From contig CALQBJ020000001.1 of assembly GCA_943328785.2 (NCBI GenBank), positions 1 to 57,250 of the forward strand: a stretch of 57,250 nt of DNA. Direction: 5' to 3'. This DNA comes from Bifidobacterium breve. GTDB lineage: Bacteria; Acidobacteriota; Vicinamibacteria; Vicinamibacterales; CAVVIG01. The notes under the pieces are model-generated. The model was not told where the DNA came from. It searched no databases and was given only the letters and a program-made list of their open reading frames with translations. Each line of letters opens with the position of its first letter. Position 1 is the first letter of the stretch. Shown piece after piece: positions 51,429-57,250 of this stretch. The position numbers and the translations under genes were made by a program.

Positions 51429-52286
51429 TCAGGGCTTGCTGATGGCCTGGACCAGACCGACGTCGTCCCAGCACGCCCAGGCGTGGGTGACCTTGTTGTC
51501 CTTCACGTGATAGATCACGATGCCCTTCCACATCACTTTCCGGCCGGTGGGAGCAATGCCCGCGAACTCGCCCGTGTGCGTCCCCGGCGCCTCGAAACGA
51601 GCCACGACCTTATCGTCATTGCCGAACAGATCGGCGATACGCAACTCAAGGTCGGGGAACGCCAGCTTGAGCATGTCCATCTGCTTGTGGAGCCCCTCGG
51701 GGCCGGCAATTGCGTCGGGCATCGCGGAGCGGTCGATCGAAAATCCTGGCGCAACCAGCTCGCTGGCGATCGCGAAGTTCCCCTTCATCAACAGCTCTTC
51801 GATGTAGCGGCGGACGTGGGCGATGTTGGCCTGAACGAGCTTGTACTCCGTGCCTTCGCCGGCCGGTGCAACACCCCCGCACTGGCGCACCAGGCTGAGC
51901 GCTTCGTTCTGGACGCGGGCAGCCGCAATCTTGCCGTCGACGAAACGGAAGTGGGTGATGCCGTCGATGGCGACATCCTTGTTGCTCGCGGTGATGCCGG
52001 CCCACGTGCCGACGTGCTTGGCGTGCATCGACCAAGGGGCAGCAACCATGTCGCCTTCTGCGACAGTGCCTTCACGATCGGGGACGTACGTCAGGTTCTG
52101 AAACGCCGTGCGATTCCTGACCACGAGCTGGTTGAAGGCCTCGGGCCCTTCGACTTTGTACGGCGGAACGCCCAGAAGGAAGACAAAGTCGGGAGCCAGA
52201 ATTTCATTCGAAAGGGCCAGGTTGCCCTGGCTCCAGATATCTTCCAGAAAACGCCAGACGTTCAGTTTGTTCTGTTCAATCGACAT
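51429..52286 (-). CDS. Tandem (two-module) SnoaL-type ester cyclase
   Basis: Start at MSIEQNKLNVWRFLEDIW (52286). The second module starts near 'ANIAHVRRYIEELLMKGNF' and contains 'GTHTGEFAGIAPTGRKV'. Confidence 0.75.
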   Translation of the reverse strand: MSIEQNKLNVWRFLEDIWSQGNLALSNEILAPDFVFLLGVPPYKVEGPEAFNQLVVRNRTAFQNLTYVPDREGTVAEGDMVAAPWSMHAKHVGTWAGITASNKDVAIDGITHFRFVDGKIAAARVQNEALSLVRQCGGVAPAGEGTEYKLVQANIAHVRRYIEELLMKGNFAIASELVAPGFSIDRSAMPDAIAGPEGLHKQMDMLKLAFPDLELRIADLFGNDDKVVARFEAPGTHTGEFAGIAPTGRKVMWKGIVIYHVKDNKVTHAWACWDDVGLVQAISKP

Positions 52287-52337
52287 ATCGAGCTCTCCTT
52301 GCGCACGGCCACCCGGCGTTCTTGCGGGATCGGTGCA

Positions 52338-52359
52338 GTTGTCTATCCGTTGTCTATCC
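52338..52359. repeat. Perfect 2 x 11-bp tandem direct repeat GTTGTCTATCC
   Basis: Read directly, 52-73 nt upstream of the tandem ester-cyclase start (minus strand: GGATAGACAAC x2). Confidence 0.9.
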
Positions 52360-52570
52360 GTGAATCTTCGACGCATCGCAGAACTGCGCTGCGTCGTCTC
52401 GAGGGTGCACGCCGCCCCTTCCCACCTTCGTCTCGCGAAGTCCGACGAACGCGGATTGTATCGCGCTTCCCGACCGCCCCCTTGTCAATTCAAAGCAACG
52501 AAACACGAGGCTCGCGTCGTCACCGCCGGATCAGCCGCGCCCGTCATGGGCGCGAGCGCCGAGCACAGCC

Positions 52571-53746
52571 TCAGAAACCGACCTGCGCCTGAAACGTGAG
52601 GACCCGCACGGTTGGAGTCGACTTCTGTTCGAGCTGGTTGTATTCGAGTGTGACCTTCATGTCGTGCCCGCGAACGAAGTAGTTCGCGCCGACCGCCGGC
52701 GCCGTCGTGCCTGCATCGCCAGCACCATCAACCCTCTCGAGTCGGCCGTAGAGCTGGAGTCGGCCCTTGCCCGTCGCCGGCGGAAGGAGATAGCCGGCCT
52801 GCGCGTAACCGATATGCGCATCGTCGCCGGGGTGGAGGCCAGCCGACGGCATCGGCTGGGTGAGACCGTTGACGCCGGTGAACGATCCTTCAACCGTCAA
52901 CGCCCCACGTCCGATGGGATGATCGAAGAACGCATCCGTCGTCCAGCTCCGGGAGTCGAACGGCTTCACGCCAGATGGGGCGAGCCCTCCTTCGCGGTCA
53001 ACGGCAACGGCAACGGCGAGCACCTTCTTGGTGCCCAGGTAGGTGCCTCGATTGAACCAGGTGGTCTCGGAATCGAGAAAGCTGAGCGCGAGCCGACCGA
53101 CCAGACGAAGCGAGTCGGAGGGATCGGCGGCACCTTTGACTCCGTGCATCACGCCAAAGCGATACTGCAGGTGCCCGGCGAGTGGCGTGCCCCAGAACAC
53201 GGCGCCGTCGTCGCGTCCGACCTTGCTGGCGTAGAACGACGTGCCCCTGGTGCCTCCCTGCGAGGACGGCATGTCGACGCCCAGCAGCATGAATGCCGAC
53301 TCCGTACCCAGTGCGCGCGTGAATGGGATGTACATGCGCCCCATCTGGACGCGAAACGCCGGGGTGGGTTCCCACGCGATCCAGAGGTCCCGGACGGCAA
53401 CGCCTGTGCCCAGCCCAAGGCTCGGATTGTCCAGCCCACCCTGACCAATGCGGTCGCCCGCAATATGGCCGAACAGACTGATTTTCTCCGGGAACGTGCC
53501 GGTTACGTAGACGTATCCGCGGCGGATGATGAAGTCTTTGGCGGTGCTTCCGTCGGGGGCCGTGCGCCCGACCGATTCGAACCAACCCTGAACGCGAGCG
53601 CCAAGCTTGAAGGTCGGAACCTCTTGGGCGGCAGATGCGGTGGTCAGGCCCACAAAAGCAATGACGAATCTAGCGATTTTTCCAGACACTAAGACCTTCC
53701 CCTTGGAGCGTTGCAGACGCGGGGTGATTATAGCGGGCCACGTCAC
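52571..53746 (-). CDS. Outer-membrane porin-like beta-barrel
   Basis: Signal-like 'KIARFVIAFVGLTTASAAQE' (the true start may be downstream of 53746), alternating beta pattern, and C-terminal 'LTFQAQVGF'. Confidence 0.62.
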   Translation of the reverse strand: MTWPAIITPRLQRSKGKVLVSGKIARFVIAFVGLTTASAAQEVPTFKLGARVQGWFESVGRTAPDGSTAKDFIIRRGYVYVTGTFPEKISLFGHIAGDRIGQGGLDNPSLGLGTGVAVRDLWIAWEPTPAFRVQMGRMYIPFTRALGTESAFMLLGVDMPSSQGGTRGTSFYASKVGRDDGAVFWGTPLAGHLQYRFGVMHGVKGAADPSDSLRLVGRLALSFLDSETTWFNRGTYLGTKKVLAVAVAVDREGGLAPSGVKPFDSRSWTTDAFFDHPIGRGALTVEGSFTGVNGLTQPMPSAGLHPGDDAHIGYAQAGYLLPPATGKGRLQLYGRLERVDGAGDAGTTAPAVGANYFVRGHDMKVTLEYNQLEQKSTPTVRVLTFQAQVGF

Positions 53747-53849
53747 GGCACCGAATTGGAACTTGAAACGCCGATCAGGCTACGCGCGTGCGCGGCGCGA
53801 GATTGGCGCAGATCGCGTTCGCCGCACACACACGCGTTCATGTGATGCC

Positions 53850-54146
53850 AATGTGCTTTGACAATATCTTGTTCAACGCCATAATTAGTCGGCGAGACGC
53901 AGAGGGTTGTGCTGTCTTGGACATCCACTATTCGATCGAGGACTCGCGGAGCTCGGCGGTCGAGCCGCCGTGCGCTGGTCGGCGATCGCAACCCACACCG
54001 GCGACCTATTCTGGACGCTGCCGACACAGAAAAAAGTCAACAGGCTTGGCATGACGATCTCCTGTGTGTCCAGCGGACAGGTCGTCGAGCTCTGGGACGT
54101 CTGGGATCGGGCCCGGTTGATGCAGCAGCTCGGTAGTTCCGCGTAA
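53850..54146 (+). pseudogene. Frameshifted, N-terminally truncated SnoaL-type ester cyclase remnant
   Basis: Frame 1 'FNAIIS..LDIHYSIED' matches 'FRQIISSFRTAFPDIHLTIDD' of ORF 50960. Frame 3 'VRWSAIATHTGDLFWTLPTQKKV...GQVVELWDVWDRARLMQQLG' matches 'VHRWTLSGTHTGPFMGGLPPTGKKV...GRIAARWSNLDMLRLLQQLG'. Confidence 0.6.
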
Positions 54147-54292
54147 AGCCATTTGCGCCTGACCGTGGGGTGCGGACCTGTCGGATGCGGCAGAAAGGAC
54201 CCACCCACCGGTCGGCGGTTTCGCCATCATCCAAGCGCGCTCGGCACTCAAGTAACGGAGACTTGGCACCAGAGGTAGAACGGGAGCCATTC

Positions 54293-54706
54293 ATGGGAAC
54301 GGTTGAGGAAAACAAGGCCGTCGTTCGGCGTTATTGGTTCGAGCTCTGGAACGAGAAGAGGGGCGAGATCATCGACGAGATTGCGGCCGACCCAGTAGTC
54401 ATGCACTTCCCGAAGGGGCAGGCTCACCAGCCCCCCACGCTGAAGAAGTGGTTCGCGACGGCGCTGATTGCATTTCCAGACGTGCACATGACGCTGCACG
54501 AGGAGATCGCTGAAGGCGACAAGGTCGTCAGCCGATGGTCGTACGTCGCGACCAACACCGGGGAGTTCCTGGGTCGGCCGGCAACCAACCAGCGTGTCAC
54601 GGATCTGGGCATCGACATATTTCGCCTCAAGGACGGAAAGATCGTCGAGATGTGGGTAGCGCAAGATAGCCTGGGGCTGCTGCACGAACTCGGCGTTCTC
54701 ACCTAG
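54293..54706 (+). CDS. SnoaL-type ester cyclase
   Basis: Start at MGTVEENKAVVRRYWFELWN. 'ATNTGEFLGRPATNQRV' and 'DGKIVEMWVAQDSLGLLHELG'. Confidence 0.8.
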   Translation: MGTVEENKAVVRRYWFELWNEKRGEIIDEIAADPVVMHFPKGQAHQPPTLKKWFATALIAFPDVHMTLHEEIAEGDKVVSRWSYVATNTGEFLGRPATNQRVTDLGIDIFRLKDGKIVEMWVAQDSLGLLHELGVLT

Positions 54707-54795
54707 GGCATCAGACACGGCGGACGTGAAGTGAAGGGATCGTTATGATGAGAAGTAAGCTTACTGAAGGACACTACGCCGGAAATCGATCGACG

Positions 54796-56037
54796 ATGAG
54801 TCCGAGATTCCGGCGCGTGTTGGCGGCGGTGATGGGAACCGTGTGGGTCCTGGTGGCTGCCGTAGCAGCGGCCCAGGATACGCCGCCCCCTGCCCCTAGT
54901 GCTGGCCCCACGGTCGCCGTCGAACCTGCGGCGGCCCAGATGGGCGCGATGCTCGGCGGGGCCGAGTTCATGCTCATCTCGGAGCGACCGTACGACGCGG
55001 AGAAACTGTTCAAGGCCGTTCTCGCGCAGGACAGCACGAATGCGCACGCCAAGGACGGTCTCCGCCGCGTGGCGCTCGGCAAGCGACCGATGTGGACCGT
55101 GCTCGGTCACGGGTACAACAACAACCTCGACGCTTCTCTGGTGACCTATGGTGGCGGCCCGGCCTTCTTCACGCCGCATGGGAAGGCGACATTCTGGGTG
55201 GGTGACGGCTTCTTCAAGAACAACATCAACGGCGACAACCCGAAGAATCCGCTGTCCTTTTTGGCCTCCGGACTGGGAACGTCCGACGACGCGGCGCTTC
55301 GCAAGCTCACCGTCAACGCAACCTTCGAGCCGAACTACAAACAGTTCGACGGTTACATCTATCTCAACCGCACCTTCTACCCGGAGGCGCCGGATCGCAC
55401 GCTGTGGAACCTGAAAGGGACCTGGCAACGCAAGCGCGGACGCGAGTATTACTCCGTGTTCGCCGGGCAGCACGACAGCTACCTCCAGACCGACCTCGTG
55501 CAGTACTTCGCCCCGGATTCGTACACGGCAGTGAAGAACAAGGTGCTGACCCGGGAAGTCGGCGCGGGCGGCCAGATCCCGTTCGGGAGGTTCGACTTCA
55601 TCCCGTCGTACTCCTACTTCGACTACACGGACGGCAACAGCCGCCGCGTCGGCCGTGCACAGTTGATGTACCGCGCGCTGCCCAAAGGCGGGAGTCAGAT
55701 GCCGATCCTCCGACTGGGTGCCACTTACGTATCGGACAGTGGCGACAAACCGTCCCTGCAGTACTACCTGCCCATTAGCTTCCAGTCGGTCTCCATCTCG
55801 GGCGACTACGTGATGGTCACCGGCAAGTACCGCTACGGCGTGTTTGGCAGCTGGCCCTTGACGGGGGATAGCGGCGAACAATTCGGTCGCTACTACCCAT
55901 CGCGCACGCTGTTCTCGTTCGTTAACTACAACGTCACGCCATCTCACGAATTCTGGGTGAAGTTTATCGGCGTGCATTCCGGGGGACTAAGCCCCAAGCT
56001 CTCCGATGTCGTCGTGGGCATGAACATGCGCTTCTAG
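54796..56037 (+). CDS. Outer-membrane beta-barrel protein with short helical N-region
   Basis: Start taken at MSPRFRRVLAAVMGTVWVLVAAVAAAQ (signal peptide). TPR-like 'AEKLFKAVLAQDSTNAHAKDGL', a Tyr/Gly-rich strand pattern and C-terminal 'VVGMNMRF'. Confidence 0.6.
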   Translation: MSPRFRRVLAAVMGTVWVLVAAVAAAQDTPPPAPSAGPTVAVEPAAAQMGAMLGGAEFMLISERPYDAEKLFKAVLAQDSTNAHAKDGLRRVALGKRPMWTVLGHGYNNNLDASLVTYGGGPAFFTPHGKATFWVGDGFFKNNINGDNPKNPLSFLASGLGTSDDAALRKLTVNATFEPNYKQFDGYIYLNRTFYPEAPDRTLWNLKGTWQRKRGREYYSVFAGQHDSYLQTDLVQYFAPDSYTAVKNKVLTREVGAGGQIPFGRFDFIPSYSYFDYTDGNSRRVGRAQLMYRALPKGGSQMPILRLGATYVSDSGDKPSLQYYLPISFQSVSISGDYVMVTGKYRYGVFGSWPLTGDSGEQFGRYYPSRTLFSFVNYNVTPSHEFWVKFIGVHSGGLSPKLSDVVVGMNMRF

Positions 56038-56076
56038 TGAACCGTACCGGGAGCGCCGGAGGGCGGATTGTGTGAG

Positions 56077-56981
56077 TCAGGCGACGGCGCCCTGCTCATA
56101 GTAATGCGCTTCGTGCTCGGCCGGCGGCACGAAGCCGATCGGGCCGAGCAGCCGCCGATGATTGAACCAGTCGACCCAACGGAGCGTGGCGAACTCCACG
56201 GCCTCGAGGCTGGTCCAGCGTTCGCGTTGACGAATCACTTCCGTCTTGTAGAGACCGATGACGAATTCGGCGAGGGCGTTGTCATACGAGTCGCCGCGGC
56301 TGCCCACCGCCTGATCGATGCCCGCATCGATCAGGCGCCCGGTGTGGCGCATGGACAGGTATTGCACGCCCCTGTCGCTGTCATGGATCAGGTCGCCCGT
56401 GTCGTCGTCGCACCGGTCATGAATCGCCTGGTCCAGCGCGTCGAGCACCAAATCGGTGCGCATCGCGTGTTCGCGCGCCAGCCGACGATCCGGCGCGCGA
56501 ACACGTCGATCACCAGCGCGGTGTAGACGAAGCCGTCCGTCGTGTGGACGTAGGTAAAGTCCGACACCCAGCGCTGATTCGGCCGCGTCGCCGTGAAGTT
56601 GCGCGTGACCAGATCGGGCGCCCGGCCGCTGTCGTCGCCGCGGCGCGTCGTGACCACGAAGCCGCCCCCACGGACCACCCCCGACAACCCCAAGTCCGTC
56701 ATCAGCCTGGCGACGGTGCAGCGCGCGGCGAGGATCGCTTCGCGGCGCAACTGGCGCCAGACCTTGTCGACGCCATACACCGCTTCCTGCTCGTGCCAGA
56801 CGCGGTGAATCTCGGGCCGTAGCGCGTCATCGCGCTGCGCCCGGACCGACCGGCGCGTTGGATCGGCCTGCTGCGCTTTGAGGCGCCAATACGTCGACGG
56901 GGCGATCGGTACGTGCGCACAGATCGACTCGACCCCATACGTCTCGCGCTGCGCATCGACGCACGCGACCATCACTTCCAT
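56077..56981 (-). pseudogene. IS3 transposase OrfB (rve/DDE) split by an extra frameshift
   Basis: ORF 56388..56981 ends '...FARRIVGWRANT' and then runs out of frame. ORF 56077..56463 continues 'MRTDLVLDALDQA...HDSDRGVQY...GDSYDNALAE'. An indel near 56465-56480 breaks the usual single OrfB frame. Confidence 0.8.
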
Positions 56982-57250
56982 CGGCGGTCGAGCTCCGCCT
57001 GGGCGAAGAACGCCGCGGCCTTCCGGAGGATGTCATTGGCGCGTTTCAACTCGCGATTCTCGCGCTCCAGCGCCGTGAGACGCTCCCGCTCGCTGGTCGT
57101 CAGGCCCGGGCGCTGGCCCTGATCCCGCTCGGCCTGGCGCACCCAGCGCCGCAGCACCTCCGTCGTACAGGCCAGCTTCTCGCCGATGGACCGAATCGCC
57201 GCCCACTGCGACGGGTACTCGTGGCTGTGCTCCTGCACCATCCGTACGGC
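56972..57250 (-). CDS. IS3 transposase OrfA (N-terminus outside window)
   Basis: '(AVR)MVQEHSHEY...[14 protein letters not shown]...[30 protein letters not shown]'. The reading frame stays open to the window end. Confidence 0.85.
   Translation of the reverse strand, partial: AVRMVQEHSHEYPSQWAAIRSIGEKLACTTEVLRRWVRQAERDQGQRPGLTTSERERLTALERENRELKRANDILRKAAAFFAQAELDRRWK

Larger units (their letters stand above)
56069..57250 (-). mobile_element. IS3-family insertion sequence, truncated by the window edge
   Basis: orfA (HTH/leucine zipper) and orfB (DDE integrase-like) lie in a -1 frame relationship. The right end is inferred ~5-8 nt past the orfB stop, where the plus strand reads TGTGTGAG. The left end is outside the window. 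Confidence 0.85.

Noticed and set aside
54703-55977. 424-aa minus-strand ORF
   Set aside because: It is antisense to the signal-peptide-bearing beta-barrel gene ending in a C-terminal Phe, with the same high-GC shadow composition. The ORFs at 15109..16407, 24891..25946, 22808..23650, 23725..24822 and 34338..35591 were rejected on the same logic.

Overview
High-GC bacterial chromosomal segment (GC judged by eye, not computed). The gene content, with many beta-barrel outer-membrane proteins, sigma-54 and PDZ-kinase signalling, and SnoaL expansions, fits a Gram-negative soil lineage such as Acidobacteriota, but that placement is a low-confidence guess. No rRNA, tRNA or CRISPR array was seen. 0-18 kb is mostly housekeeping: tyrS, a dispersed purine set (purN-purM-[HEAT protein]-purF-purB, purD), an M16 peptidase, rlmN, mtaB and rpsU, interrupted by an operon of a CxxCH-bearing beta-barrel, an amicyanin-like cupredoxin and a hybrid histidine kinase. 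19-26 kb is a translationally coupled glycan cluster: a UbiA/DPPR-synthase-like prenyltransferase, a protein with an Arg/Glu pentapeptide-repeat tail, and four GT4 glycosyltransferases arranged as two nested paralog pairs. 26-34 kb holds a sigma-54 response regulator, a PDZ/multi-TM/GAF/PAS kinase, a CarboxypepD_reg beta-barrel and a secreted protein. 34-38 kb is glgC-eno-gpmA. The most interesting region is 37.9-43.0 kb. It contains a 2-TM K+ channel fused to two RCK domains and a C-terminal RyR domain. This gene is translationally coupled (ATGA overlap) to a protein with a SLOG/LOG-like Rossmannoid N-terminus and four TM helices. A convergent TIR-pseudokinase fusion faces them. I propose this as a candidate, undescribed NAD-derived-nucleotide signalling or abortive-infection-type module; this is inference, not demonstrated. 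It is followed by an AGE-family enzyme with a C-terminal STAS domain and by glgX, which has a candidate 23-codon leader ORF. Next come an NmrA/hydrolase/CPA2 antiporter operon and an array of SnoaL-type ester cyclases (including one tandem fusion and one frameshifted remnant) flanked by porins. The window ends in a truncated IS3-family element with a disrupted orfB.
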